Below are positions 39,231 to 48,753 of a stretch of 64,000 nt of DNA, one piece after another. Both the position numbers and the translations under genes were made by a program. The DNA is from an uncultured Erythrobacteraceae bacterium (GTDB lineage: Bacteria; Pseudomonadota; Alphaproteobacteria; Sphingomonadales; Sphingomonadaceae): the NCBI GenBank assembly GCA_963972905.1, contig CAXAXQ010000016.1, positions 20,446-84,445 of the forward strand, given 5' to 3'. Each line of letters opens with the position of its first letter. Within the stretch, counting starts at the first letter, position 1. The notes below the pieces were generated by a model. That model saw only the letters and a list, made by a program, of their open reading frames with translations. It had not been told where the DNA came from and did no database searches.

Positions 39231-39728
39231 CTATTTCCCGCGTTCTTCGGCGAAGGCCATGTCTGCCACGCGGTCCACGGTATCCGCGTACATCCGCATT
39301 GCCGTCGAGAAAGTGCTGACCGGCACACCATTGCGCCCGGTCACCATGTCCCACGAAATCCACGGATCGCCTTCATCGTCGAGCCAGACCGAAGCGAAAC
39401 GCACATCCTCGTTTATCTTGATCGCGGAGGCGACGTCCCACTGCGTCTCACGGTCGAAGCCGGTGATGAACATCAGCGAGTCGCACTCGATATGTTCCTC
39501 ATTGCAACCGTAGAATACGATGGAAGAAGGCATGCCCGAGAACTCGGTTTGGATCACCGGATCACCCGAAGAGTCGACCTCCAGCTCCGCCTTGTACCCA
39601 CCCATTTCCATCGCAGATACGAGCGATGCCGGATCGTGCCCTCCGACCATCGAGGTCGGAGTCTGAGCCGACGCCTGTGTTACCAGGCCCGAGAGCAACA
39701 CGCCCGCCAGTGCCAATCCGTGCATCAA
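39231..39728 (-). CDS. exported hypothetical protein (possibly YbjN-like)
   Basis: Signal peptide MMHGLALAGVLLSGLVTQASA. Last gene of the co-oriented M2-rimB-rimK string. The family call is from memory only. Confidence 0.5.
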   Translation of the reverse strand: MMHGLALAGVLLSGLVTQASAQTPTSMVGGHDPASLVSAMEMGGYKAELEVDSSGDPVIQTEFSGMPSSIVFYGCNEEHIECDSLMFITGFDRETQWDVASAIKINEDVRFASVWLDDEGDPWISWDMVTGRNGVPVSTFSTAMRMYADTVDRVADMAFAEERGK

Positions 39729-39750
39729 CCCCTCCTTGAAAAACGGGCGC

Positions 39751-40656
39751 TTACCCCGCCCCCTTCGTCTTCGTTGCCCCGATCTTCGCGCTTTTTTCGA
39801 TGAATTCGATGATCTGGCCCGCGATATCCTTGCCGGTCGCGGCCTCGATCCCTTCGAGGCCCGGCGAGGAGTTGACCTCCATGATGACCGGCCCGTGGTT
39901 GGAGCGCAGCATGTCGACCCCGCACACGTTCAGCCCCATGCGCTTCGCGGCGCGCACCGCGGTGCTGCGTTCCTCTGGGGTGATCTTGATCAGCTGTGCG
40001 CTGCCGCCGCGATGCAAGTTGGAGCGGAAATCGTCCGCTGCGCCGGTCCGCTTCATCGCCGCGACCACTTTGCCGCCGATCACCAGCGCGCGAATATCGG
40101 TGCCGCCTGCTTCCTTGATGAATTCCTGCACCAGGATGTTCACGTTGGCGCCGCGAAACGCCTCGATCACCGACTTGGCGCTCGACATCGAATCGGCCAG
40201 CACCACGCCGATACCCTGCGTCCCCTCCAGCAGCTTGATAACAACTGGCGGGCCTTTGACTGCGCGGATGATCTCCTCCGCCTTCTTGGGATCATTCGCA
40301 TAGGCGGTCAGCGGCAGGCCGAGGCCGTGCTTGGCAAAGATCTGCATCGAACGCAGCTTGTCGCGGCTGCGCCCGATTGCGACGCTTTCGTTCAGCGGCC
40401 AGCATCCGCGCATTTCGAACTGGCGCAGAATCGCGAGGCCATAATTGGTGACCGAGGCGCCAATGCGGGGGATGACCGCGTCGTAGCCGATGCAAGGCTC
40501 CCCGTCGTAATAAACCTCGGGCTTGTGGCTCGCGATATGCACGGTGCAGCGGGTGGTGTTGAGGATGTCGAGCGAGTGCCCGCGCGCCTCAGCCGCCTCC
40601 GCGAGACGCCGGTGCGAGTAGAGGTTCGGATTACGCGCCAGCATGGCAATTTTCAT
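39751..40656 (-). CDS. rimK: RimK-family ATP-grasp alpha-L-glutamate ligase
   Basis: [18 protein letters not shown].., ATP-grasp blocks ([40 protein letters not shown]). Confidence 0.9.
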   Translation of the reverse strand: MKIAMLARNPNLYSHRRLAEAAEARGHSLDILNTTRCTVHIASHKPEVYYDGEPCIGYDAVIPRIGASVTNYGLAILRQFEMRGCWPLNESVAIGRSRDKLRSMQIFAKHGLGLPLTAYANDPKKAEEIIRAVKGPPVVIKLLEGTQGIGVVLADSMSSAKSVIEAFRGANVNILVQEFIKEAGGTDIRALVIGGKVVAAMKRTGAADDFRSNLHRGGSAQLIKITPEERSTAVRAAKRMGLNVCGVDMLRSNHGPVIMEVNSSPGLEGIEAATGKDIAGQIIEFIEKSAKIGATKTKGAG

Positions 40657-40666
40657 GGCCGGATAC

Positions 40667-41110
40667 TCATGGTTTGTGGCCTTTCACCGGGTCGCGCCCG
40701 GGGGACTGGAGCCAGGAATTCCCCGAATCGACGAGGAAGCGTCTTCGCAGGGCACTCCTCCCTATCAGCATCGGGAATTTCATGTCGCTACGATCTGCTA
40801 GACTGATCTCGGCGCGAAAGGTTTCCGCCCCGATCGTCAGCGGTGTCTTGATGACATAGCGAAGCTGCGTTTCGCCGTTCGAACTGGTGATCCCGCGCAC
40901 GTCGACATGCACTGCCTCGCACACCTGCATCACTTTGGTGCCGGGGAAGAACACCTCGAACCGGACGAATTTCTCGCCGTCGCGGCGAAATTCCTCGAGC
41001 ATGAGGCCATGGAGCGAACTGGTGCGCGCACCACTGTCGATCTTGGCGGGAACGCCCTTCAGGCCGAGATCGGGCAGGTCGACCATCTCGCGCCACCCGA
41101 CGGTAATCAT
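40667..41110 (-). CDS. RimK-associated retropepsin-like protease (DUF785 / RimB-like)
   Basis: 147 aa with motif [13 protein letters not shown]. Sits immediately upstream of rimK, as in known rimB-rimK pairs. Confidence 0.75.
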   Translation of the reverse strand: MITVGWREMVDLPDLGLKGVPAKIDSGARTSSLHGLMLEEFRRDGEKFVRFEVFFPGTKVMQVCEAVHVDVRGITSSNGETQLRYVIKTPLTIGAETFRAEISLADRSDMKFPMLIGRSALRRRFLVDSGNSWLQSPGRDPVKGHKP

Positions 41111-41135
41111 GTGACGGTGCGCCCTATCGACAGTC

Positions 41136-42995
41136 TCACCATCCGCTCGGCCTGCCGGCGTTCTGTTCGTCGAGCCAGGCCTTGAGCGGGGCGAAATACT
41201 CCATCATCGCCTTGCCGCTCATCTCGCGGCTGCCGGTGAACGCCTCCAGCGCATCGGGCCACGGCTTGCTCGCGCCCATTTCCAGCATCACCTCGAGCTT
41301 CTCGCCAACTTCCTCGTTACCGTAGAAGCTGCAACGGTGCAGCGGCCCTTCCCAGCCCGCCGCGTCGCACGCCGCCTTGTAGAACTGGAACTGGAGAATG
41401 CGCGCGAGGAAATAGCGCGTGTAGGGCGTGTTGCCGGGGATGTGGTACTTCGCGCCCGGATCGAAGGCATCGGCGGGCCGCTCAACCGGCGGCGTAATGC
41501 CCTGATATTCACGCTTCAGGTCGTGCCACGCGGTGTTGTAATCGGCAGGCGTGATCGAGCCATCGAACACGCCCCAGCGCCATTTGTCGACCAGCAGGCC
41601 GAAGGGCAGGAAGGCGACCTTGTCCATCGCCTGACGCAGCAGCAGGCCGATATCCTTGTCCGCGCTGGGCACGTCCTCGCGATCGAGCAGGCCGATCTGG
41701 ACTAGGTATTCGGGCGTGATCGAGAGCGCGATGAAATCGCCGATCGCTTCGTGGAAGCCATCGTTCGCGCCGTTGAGGTGCAGGAAATCCTGCTCGTTAT
41801 AGGCGCGCTGGTAGTAGTTGTGGCCGAGCTCGTGGTGGATGGTGACGAAGTCGTCCGCATTCACCTTGATGCACATCTTGATGCGGATATCGTCCTTGTT
41901 GTCCACGTCCCAGGCCGAGGCGTGGCAGACCACTTCACGGTCGGCGGGCTTGGTGAACATGCTGCGTTCCCAGAAGGTCTTCGGCAGCGGTTCGAAGCCG
42001 AGCGAGGAATAGAAGCCCTCCCCGATCTTCACCATGTCGATCGGGTCCTTTCCCTGCGCCGTCAGCAGATCGCCGATGTCGTAGCCAAGATCGCCCGAGC
42101 CTTCGGGTGCGACCAGCGGGTAGATATTGCCCCATTCCTGCGCCCACATATTGCCCAGCAGATCGGCGCGGATCGGGCCCGTGGCGGGCTGGATGTCGTT
42201 GCCGTACTTCTCGTTCAGCTTGGTCCGCACATAGGTATGCAGCGACCGGTAGAGCGGTGCGACCTCCTGCCACATCCGCTCCAGCTCGCCCGAAAATTGC
42301 TCCGGCGGCATGTCGTAGCCAGAGCGCCACATGGTGCCGACATTGTCGAACCCCAGCTCGACCGCGCCTTCATTGGCGATCTCGACCATGCGGGCGTAAT
42401 CGTCCTTCATCGGCGCGCCGACATTGGTGTGCCAGCTGGCCCACATCTCAGCGAGCTCGGCGGGGGTGCGTTCAGGATTGCCCATCTCCGCCTCGATATC
42501 GGAGCCGCTGATCTCCTCGCCGTTCAGCGTGCCCTTGCCCTTGCCATACTGGCTGTTGAGGCTGGTCGCGATCTGGTTCAACTCGGTCGCCGCGCCATCG
42601 GCGGTCGGCGCGGGCAGGACGATGCCGTTGCGCAGGATATCGAGCTTGCGCGCGACTTCGGGATCGAGCCCGTCGACCTCGGCATATTTCGCCGCTTCGA
42701 GCGCGTAGTTGACCGACTTCTCGGTTCCCTCGGCCCCGACCTTGGCGGCCAGCGCATCGGTATCATGCGTGATGTAGGTCGCGTTGACCCAGTAGATCTG
42801 GCTCGCGTGCAGCGAATAGTCGAACAGGTCCTTCTCCACCATCGCGACCCAGCTGGCGGCCCCTTCGGGCGTCATCGGATACTGCTTGGCCGCCTGCTCT
42901 GTCTGGGCGCCGTGGTCGTCGGCCAGCGCGGGCGTGGCGAGAGACGCGGCGGCGAGCGCGGCGAGCGAAACGGGAAGCAATTTCATGGGCGGCAT
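41136..42995 (-). CDS. M2 family (angiotensin-converting-enzyme-like) peptidyl-dipeptidase
   Basis: HEXXH as HHELGHNYY plus downstream HEAIGD. Signal peptide MKLLPVSLAALAAASLATPALA after an internal Met. The start (42995 or 42986) is uncertain. Confidence 0.85.
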   Translation of the reverse strand: MPPMKLLPVSLAALAAASLATPALADDHGAQTEQAAKQYPMTPEGAASWVAMVEKDLFDYSLHASQIYWVNATYITHDTDALAAKVGAEGTEKSVNYALEAAKYAEVDGLDPEVARKLDILRNGIVLPAPTADGAATELNQIATSLNSQYGKGKGTLNGEEISGSDIEAEMGNPERTPAELAEMWASWHTNVGAPMKDDYARMVEIANEGAVELGFDNVGTMWRSGYDMPPEQFSGELERMWQEVAPLYRSLHTYVRTKLNEKYGNDIQPATGPIRADLLGNMWAQEWGNIYPLVAPEGSGDLGYDIGDLLTAQGKDPIDMVKIGEGFYSSLGFEPLPKTFWERSMFTKPADREVVCHASAWDVDNKDDIRIKMCIKVNADDFVTIHHELGHNYYQRAYNEQDFLHLNGANDGFHEAIGDFIALSITPEYLVQIGLLDREDVPSADKDIGLLLRQAMDKVAFLPFGLLVDKWRWGVFDGSITPADYNTAWHDLKREYQGITPPVERPADAFDPGAKYHIPGNTPYTRYFLARILQFQFYKAACDAAGWEGPLHRCSFYGNEEVGEKLEVMLEMGASKPWPDALEAFTGSREMSGKAMMEYFAPLKAWLDEQNAGRPSGW

Positions 42996-43060
42996 CCTGT
43001 CGTAGCGTTTGAGATTGGCCGCGAAACTACCGTCACGCGGGGTAATAGCAAGCGGGCCCG

Positions 43061-43819
43061 TCAGCGTTTTGCCGGACCCAGCCACTCCGCCATTGCGCCC
43101 CCCAGATCGGGTTTGGTCACGCTGCTCATGTGGGTGCCGGGTATCTCGGCATAGGTCGCTTGCGCAAGCATGTCGGCGAGTTCCTGCGCGGAGCCATTGT
43201 CGCGATCCTCGTCGCCGCAGACCACCAGCGTGGGGCAGGTGATATTCTCCAACTCTGCGAGATCGAGGTTCTCCATGCTACCCAGCAACAGCCGCGCGGC
43301 GGTGCGATCGACCTTCTGCGACTTGAGGAACTGCATCGAGAAATAGGCCGGGTCGCCCTTAGGGATCGCATCGAATTCGTCGATCACGCGGATGAAGAAC
43401 GCCGCACGCTTGTCCCATTCGCGCAGGCCGTCGATGCCCATCCCGCCCAGGATCAGCCGCTGCGGGGCGAGCTTGCCGGTGGCAACGCCGTGGATCGCGG
43501 TCCGCGCGCCGAGCGAGAAGCCGGCAAGGTCGTATTCGGTCAGCCCGAGATGCTCGACCAGGGAAACGACGTCCTTCACCAGCACGCCCTCCGGATAATT
43601 CTCCGCCCCGTGGGGCGCCTCGCTCTGCCCGTGGACCCGGAAGTCGGGCATCAGGACTTCATAGCCCTGCTCGGCGATCCGCTGCGCATGGCCGAACCGG
43701 ATCCAGTTCATGTCCGCGTTGGAGAACAGGCCGTGCAATAGGATCAGCGGGCGGCCTTCGCCCATCCGGTGGAGCGCAAGCGTGGTGCCGTCGAAGGATT
43801 GGAAGCGATCAGTCGTCAT
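43061..43819 (-). CDS. alpha/beta hydrolase
   Basis: 252 aa with HGLFSN oxyanion region, nucleophile elbow GFSLGA and a C-terminal ..GTHMS His region. Confidence 0.75.
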   Translation of the reverse strand: MTTDRFQSFDGTTLALHRMGEGRPLILLHGLFSNADMNWIRFGHAQRIAEQGYEVLMPDFRVHGQSEAPHGAENYPEGVLVKDVVSLVEHLGLTEYDLAGFSLGARTAIHGVATGKLAPQRLILGGMGIDGLREWDKRAAFFIRVIDEFDAIPKGDPAYFSMQFLKSQKVDRTAARLLLGSMENLDLAELENITCPTLVVCGDEDRDNGSAQELADMLAQATYAEIPGTHMSSVTKPDLGGAMAEWLGPAKR

Positions 43820-43896
43820 CAGGTGGCTCGCGTGCTCCGGTTAGGGGGTCCGCCACCTACCAAATCGCGGGCGCGATGGGCAATGATCTTGACTTG

Positions 43897-43910
43897 ATAA
43901 GCACGCTTAT
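43897..43910. promoter_or_regulatory. candidate MarR operator palindrome
   Basis: ATAAGC-AC-GCTTAT perfect inverted repeat 15 nt upstream of the marR-family ATG, next to TTGACT (43889-43894). Confidence 0.4.
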
Positions 43911-43924
43911 TATGTGCCCCGTCG

Positions 43925-44371
43925 ATGGACAAGAACCTGGGCTGGCTGATGGTCGACAATGCGCGCCTCTTGCGCCGCGCATTCGACGAGCGGGTGCGTG
44001 CCATCGGCATTACCGGGCCGCAGGCGCGCCTGCTGCTCGCGCTCGAAAGATCGCCGGGCGAGAACCAGGCGTTTCATGCCGAACTGCTGGAGGTCGAACC
44101 GATCACCTTGTGCCGGATGGTCGACCGGATGGAGGAATCCGGCCTCGTCGAACGGCGCAACGACCCGCGCGACCGCCGCGCGCGCCTGCTCTACCTGACT
44201 CCGCGCGCCGCTGGCGAGGCCGAACGCATCCGCGCTGCGCTCGCCGGGATGCTCGACCAGATGCTCGACGGCCTTGACGAGAACGAGCAGGCGGCGTTTT
44301 CACGAATGCTTCACCGGGTTTCCGGTAATCTCTCCACCACTCCCGCAGCACAAGAGCCCGTCCATGGCTGA
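43925..44371 (+). CDS. MarR family transcriptional regulator
   Basis: 148 aa with a winged-helix region (GITGPQARLLLALERSPGENQ..VERRNDPRDRRARLLYLT). Confidence 0.88.
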   Translation: MDKNLGWLMVDNARLLRRAFDERVRAIGITGPQARLLLALERSPGENQAFHAELLEVEPITLCRMVDRMEESGLVERRNDPRDRRARLLYLTPRAAGEAERIRAALAGMLDQMLDGLDENEQAAFSRMLHRVSGNLSTTPAAQEPVHG

Positions 44372-45434
44372 AGCCGATCCCGTCATCGCAAGCGACCCGT
44401 CCGCGGCCGAGGAAGCACCCGCGACCGCGCCCAAGAAGCGCCGGTGGCGCCGGATCGCGCTGATGGCAGCGGTGCCCCTGCTGCTGCTGATCGGCGGGTT
44501 CGTGTACTGGTCCAGTCTGCAGGGCAAGGTGGCGACAGACAATGCCTACGTGCAGCAGGACCGGGTGTCGATTTCGGCAGAGGTCGGCGGGCAGATCGTC
44601 GAGGTGCTGGTCGCCGACGGGGATCGGGTCAAGCCGGGCCAGCTGCTGTTCCGGATCGACCAGCGCCCTTACCAAGTCCAGATCGCCGAGGCCAACGCGG
44701 CCATCGCGCAGGCGCAGGCCAGCCGTACCGCGCTGACCAGCGATCCCGACCTCACCGGCGCGTCGATCTCCGCCGCGCGCGAGGATATCGCGTATGCCGA
44801 AGCCAATTTCGCGCGCAAGGATGCGTTGTACAAGAAGGGCTTCCTGACCAAGACGGAGCACGATGCGGCGGCGCACCAGGTCAATCAGGCGCGCGAAGAG
44901 CTGCGCCTCGCCCAGGCCCGCAAGGCATCCGCGCAGGCCAAGCTCGCGGAAGGCGCTGCCGTTCCGGGGCAGAACCCCGCCATCGCGGCCGGCGAAGCCC
45001 AGAAGGCAGGTGCCGAACTCAACCTGAGCCGCACCGAAGTGCGCGCGCCCACAGCGGGCACCGTGACGCAGGCCGACCGGCTGCAGATCGGCGAGCAGAT
45101 CATGCAGGGCCTCCCCGTTCTCACGCTGGTCGAGGATGGCAGTTCCTATGTGGAAGCCAACTTCAAGGAAACCGATCTCGACGACATGCAGGTGGGCCAG
45201 CGCGCGGAGGTCCGCGTCGATGCCTATCCCGGGCTGGTCCTCAAGGGCGAGGTCGAGACGATCGGCGCAGGCACGGGTTCGGAATTCTCCGTGCTCCCGG
45301 CGCAGAACGCGACCGGCAACTGGGTCAAGGTGACGCAGCGCGTGCCGGTGAAGATCCGCATTACCAGCAAGAGCCCGCGGCGGCTGATCGCCGGGCTTTC
45401 CACGGATGTCACCGTCTTCACCGACGACCGCTGA
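44364..45434 (+). CDS. emrA: HlyD/EmrA-family membrane fusion protein
   Basis: Internal ATG at 44364 overlaps the marR stop. TM anchor, then TDNAYVQQDRVSISAEVGGQIVEV.., a coiled-coil and ..GNWVKVTQRVPVKI. Confidence 0.85.
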   Translation: MAEADPVIASDPSAAEEAPATAPKKRRWRRIALMAAVPLLLLIGGFVYWSSLQGKVATDNAYVQQDRVSISAEVGGQIVEVLVADGDRVKPGQLLFRIDQRPYQVQIAEANAAIAQAQASRTALTSDPDLTGASISAAREDIAYAEANFARKDALYKKGFLTKTEHDAAAHQVNQAREELRLAQARKASAQAKLAEGAAVPGQNPAIAAGEAQKAGAELNLSRTEVRAPTAGTVTQADRLQIGEQIMQGLPVLTLVEDGSSYVEANFKETDLDDMQVGQRAEVRVDAYPGLVLKGEVETIGAGTGSEFSVLPAQNATGNWVKVTQRVPVKIRITSKSPRRLIAGLSTDVTVFTDDR

Positions 45435-45438
45435 ATCA

Positions 45439-46995
45439 ATGGCCAGCGCCGCCCGCCCTGCCTCACCCGCCGCCGGAGCCGCCGCGCCTCCGGCTGCCGA
45501 CGAGCCCCTGCTACCGGTCCGCAACCAGCCGCTGCTGATGGTCGGCATCATGGCCGCATCGCTGATCCAGGTGCTCGATACGACCATCGCCAACGTCGCG
45601 ATCCCGCACATGCAAAGCGCGCTCGGCGCCAATGCGGAAAGCGTGACATGGGTGCTGACCAGCTATATCATCGCCAGCGCGGTCGCGATGCCGGCTACCG
45701 GCTGGCTGGGCGACCGGGTCGGCGCGCGGCGGCTGTTCATATTCTCTGTCGCGGGCTTCATCATCGCATCGATGATGTGCGGGATGGCGCAGAACCTTGG
45801 CGAGATGGTGCTGTTCCGCGCCTTGCAGGGGGTGACGGGAGCGTTCATCCCGCCACTCAGCCAGAGCTTCATGCTCGATAGCTCCCGCCCCAGCCGCCAC
45901 CCACAGGTGATGGCGATCTGGGGTCTGGGGATCATGATCGGCCCGATTCTGGGGCCGATCCTGGGCGGCTGGCTGACCGAAAGCGCCAACTGGCGCTGGG
46001 TGTTCTACGTCAACCTGCCGATCGGGGTTCTAGCGCTGGCCCTGCTGGTCGCGCAGTTGCCGCAGCGCGAGGGCAAGCGGCGCAAGTTCGACCTGTTCGG
46101 GTTCATGATGCTGGCGATCGCGCTCTCCTCGCTGCAATTGCTGCTCGATCGAGGTTCGCAGCTCGACTGGTTCCAGTCTTACGAGATCTGGTTCTACACC
46201 TTCCTCGTCGGCAGCGCGGCGTGGATTGCGATCGTGCATTTCACGACCGCGCGCGAACCGCTGTTCGACAAGGCCATTTTCGCCGACCGCAATTTCGTGA
46301 TCGCGCTGCTGTTCATGGTGGTGATCGGGATGGTGTTGTTCGCCAACATGGCGCTGCTGCCGCCGATGCTGCAGCGCCTGTTCGGCTATGGCGTGATCGA
46401 CACCGGGATGGTGCTGATGCCGCGCGGGGTCGGGGTGATGCTGAGCATGCAGCTGTCCGGCCTGCTGATCCGCCGCGGGCTCGATGCGCGAATCGTCGTC
46501 GCCACGGGTTTTGCCATCGCGGCCTATTCGCAGTGGATGATGGCCGGCTGGTCGCTCGCGGCGGACGAGTGGCATTTCATCGTCACCGGCCTCGTCCAGG
46601 GGCTGGGTCTGGGTCTGGTGTTCATCCCGCTCAACGTGACCGCGTTCTCGACTCTGCCTGGCCACCTGCGCACCGATGGGTCGAGCCTGCTCAACCTGCT
46701 GCGCTCGATCGGCGCGTCGGTCGGCATCTCCATCACCACCGTGCTCCTCGCCAGGAACATCCAGACCGCGCATTCGGACCTTGGCAGCCACGTCACCTCG
46801 GCGACCGTCGACGCAATCGACCTGTCGACGGTCGACCGCTACCAGCCGCTCGGCCAGACGGTGCTCTCGATGATCGATATGGAGGTAAACCGGCAGGCCG
46901 CGATGATCGCCTATATCGACGATTTCTACCTGATGATGTGGCTCGCGCTGGCGGCGATCCCGATGGTGTTTTTGATGCGCAAGGGCAGCAAATAG
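45439..46995 (+). CDS. emrB: DHA2 (EmrB/QacA) family MFS efflux transporter, 14 TM
   Basis: LDTTIANVAIPHMQ.., GWLGDRVGARRLF motif A and a length of about 518 aa. Forms an operon with marR-emrA. Confidence 0.87.
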   Translation: MASAARPASPAAGAAAPPAADEPLLPVRNQPLLMVGIMAASLIQVLDTTIANVAIPHMQSALGANAESVTWVLTSYIIASAVAMPATGWLGDRVGARRLFIFSVAGFIIASMMCGMAQNLGEMVLFRALQGVTGAFIPPLSQSFMLDSSRPSRHPQVMAIWGLGIMIGPILGPILGGWLTESANWRWVFYVNLPIGVLALALLVAQLPQREGKRRKFDLFGFMMLAIALSSLQLLLDRGSQLDWFQSYEIWFYTFLVGSAAWIAIVHFTTAREPLFDKAIFADRNFVIALLFMVVIGMVLFANMALLPPMLQRLFGYGVIDTGMVLMPRGVGVMLSMQLSGLLIRRGLDARIVVATGFAIAAYSQWMMAGWSLAADEWHFIVTGLVQGLGLGLVFIPLNVTAFSTLPGHLRTDGSSLLNLLRSIGASVGISITTVLLARNIQTAHSDLGSHVTSATVDAIDLSTVDRYQPLGQTVLSMIDMEVNRQAAMIAYIDDFYLMMWLALAAIPMVFLMRKGSK

Positions 46996-47005
46996 CGTGC
47001 CTTCA

Positions 47006-47653
47006 CTAGGCGCGCGGGGTGAGACCTTTCTGTTCCATCCGCCAGCGGACCATCGCGATCCGGTCCTGCCCGAAGAAGGGTTCGCCATCGAACACCAGCG
47101 TCGGCACTCCCCAGTGGCCCGCAGCCTCCAGCGCCTGCTGGTTGGCGGCGATCTCGGCGTCGAGCGCGTCGGCCTGCGTCGCGACTTCTGCATCGAGAGC
47201 TGCCGGGTCGAGCCCGGCCCGCTGCGCCGCATTGGCGAGATGATTGCCCTCGTGCCAGTTTTCCGCCCCGCCCCAGATCAGCTGCGCAGCCTCATGCGCG
47301 AAGGCCACGCCCTTCCCGCGCCGCGCCGCCGCCTGCCCCATCCGGGTGACGTAGCGGATAAAAGGCTGGTCCTGTGCAATCCTGCGCGTCGCCACATCCT
47401 GCACGATCGGGTCGGGGCGCGGCGGGCCGAAGGGGATGCTGTGAAACTGGGCCACGCGCATCATGTCGCGCACGGTGTAGCCGAGCCAGTTAGGATGATT
47501 GCGCTCGAAGAAATCCGGCTCTCGAATCGCCAGCGGCCAGACCGGCCGCAAGGTGATGTCGACCGCGTGGCTCTCCATCAGCGAACGATAGCGACCGATC
47601 GCGAGGTAGCTGTAGGGCGACCGGAAGCTGAAATAGAGATCGGCGGTCAGCAC
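47006..47653 (-). CDS. 2-hydroxychromene-2-carboxylate isomerase / DsbA-like thioredoxin-fold protein
   Basis: DLYFSFRSPYSYL N-terminus typical of the HCCA-isomerase family. 215 aa. Confidence 0.75.
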   Translation of the reverse strand: MLTADLYFSFRSPYSYLAIGRYRSLMESHAVDITLRPVWPLAIREPDFFERNHPNWLGYTVRDMMRVAQFHSIPFGPPRPDPIVQDVATRRIAQDQPFIRYVTRMGQAAARRGKGVAFAHEAAQLIWGGAENWHEGNHLANAAQRAGLDPAALDAEVATQADALDAEIAANQQALEAAGHWGVPTLVFDGEPFFGQDRIAMVRWRMEQKGLTPRA

Positions 47654-47666
47654 GGCCCCGCCCTGC

Positions 47667-48266
47667 TCAGCGGAAATTGCAGGCGACGCCGCCCCACAGC
47701 ACCGCGACCTGGTCGTCCTCGATCAGGCCGGAGACCAGCATTTCGTTGCCGCCGACGGTGAATTCCTCACCCAGCGTACTGTCTTCGAACGCAGCATAGG
47801 TCGAAAGCTTGCGCAGGTCCGTCGCCGACATGCCCAGCGCCACGCCATCGGGCCCGGTAAAGCTCGCCCGCTCGCTCGGCCCGTTGACCATCCACCCGAC
47901 GAAGCGGTCGTCCTGGAAATTGGCGACGAACTGATCGAAGGTCGCGAAGGTCATCGGCCCTGCGCCGCATTCCTCGTTGCTGCCGAATTGTGGACCGCCG
48001 AAGACTGCGGTCAGCGCCTCGACGACCTCGTCCTCACCTTCGCCGAAGTTGAGGACCGCGCCATCGCCGCCTGCTTCCGGCGGAGTGATCACCAGCCCAT
48101 CGGGAAGCAGGTCGATCGGTCGTTCGCTGGGCGCGTTGGGCGTCTGCGCGTCGATCTGTTCCTGCGTCACCGGCTCGCTGGGCTGAGGCTGTTCCGCGCC
48201 GTCATTGCACGCCACCAGCGAGAGCGCCGCAATCCCGGCCAAGGCCAATCCGAACCGATGTGTCAT
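47667..48266 (-). CDS. putative lipoprotein
   Basis: MTHRFGLALAGIAALSLVACNDG (lipobox LVAC). No family recognised. Confidence 0.55.
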   Translation of the reverse strand: MTHRFGLALAGIAALSLVACNDGAEQPQPSEPVTQEQIDAQTPNAPSERPIDLLPDGLVITPPEAGGDGAVLNFGEGEDEVVEALTAVFGGPQFGSNEECGAGPMTFATFDQFVANFQDDRFVGWMVNGPSERASFTGPDGVALGMSATDLRKLSTYAAFEDSTLGEEFTVGGNEMLVSGLIEDDQVAVLWGGVACNFR

Positions 48267-48330
48267 GTCACGCTCCCAAGCGAGGTTGTTCTGGCGCGAG
48301 AGTGTCAGAGCTGCCCGCGCGCCACAAGCA

Positions 48331-48750
48331 CTAGTCGTCCCCGTCCTCGCGCGGTCGCTGGTCGATGATCACCCCTGTCGGCTCATCGCGCGGCGGCTCC
48401 CGCCTTGCCGACCCCGTATCGTGCCACGATCCGTCGATCGTCTCGCCCCCACCACCGAATGCGCCAAACTGGCCGCGAACCCGCTCCAGCCGTCCGATCA
48501 GGAAGCGGCGGAACAGCAACGGACCCGCCAGCGAGACGACCGCGATCGGCACCGCGATCCACCACAGCCAGTCGAGCCAGTCGACGCTCTGCGTGAGCAG
48601 GAAGATGACCGCGAAGACCACGGCCCAGCGGATCCCCCAACGCACGACCAGACGCTTCAGGACAGCGGATGTCTCACGCTCGATCTGCTCGATCGAGCGG
48701 TCCATCTCGCCCGCCATGCGGCGCTGCTGTTCGGAATCGGGGCCGAGCAT
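48331..48750 (-). CDS. hypothetical membrane protein
   Basis: 139 aa with two TM helices and an acidic tail. Immediately downstream of asd. Confidence 0.5.
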   Translation of the reverse strand: MLGPDSEQQRRMAGEMDRSIEQIERETSAVLKRLVVRWGIRWAVVFAVIFLLTQSVDWLDWLWWIAVPIAVVSLAGPLLFRRFLIGRLERVRGQFGAFGGGGETIDGSWHDTGSARREPPRDEPTGVIIDQRPREDGDD

Positions 48751-48753
48751 CGC

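Noticed and set aside
44103-45632. 509-aa minus-strand ORF opposite marR-emrA
   Set aside because: An antisense artefact with no motifs; the sense strand encodes a complete MarR-HlyD-MFS operon.
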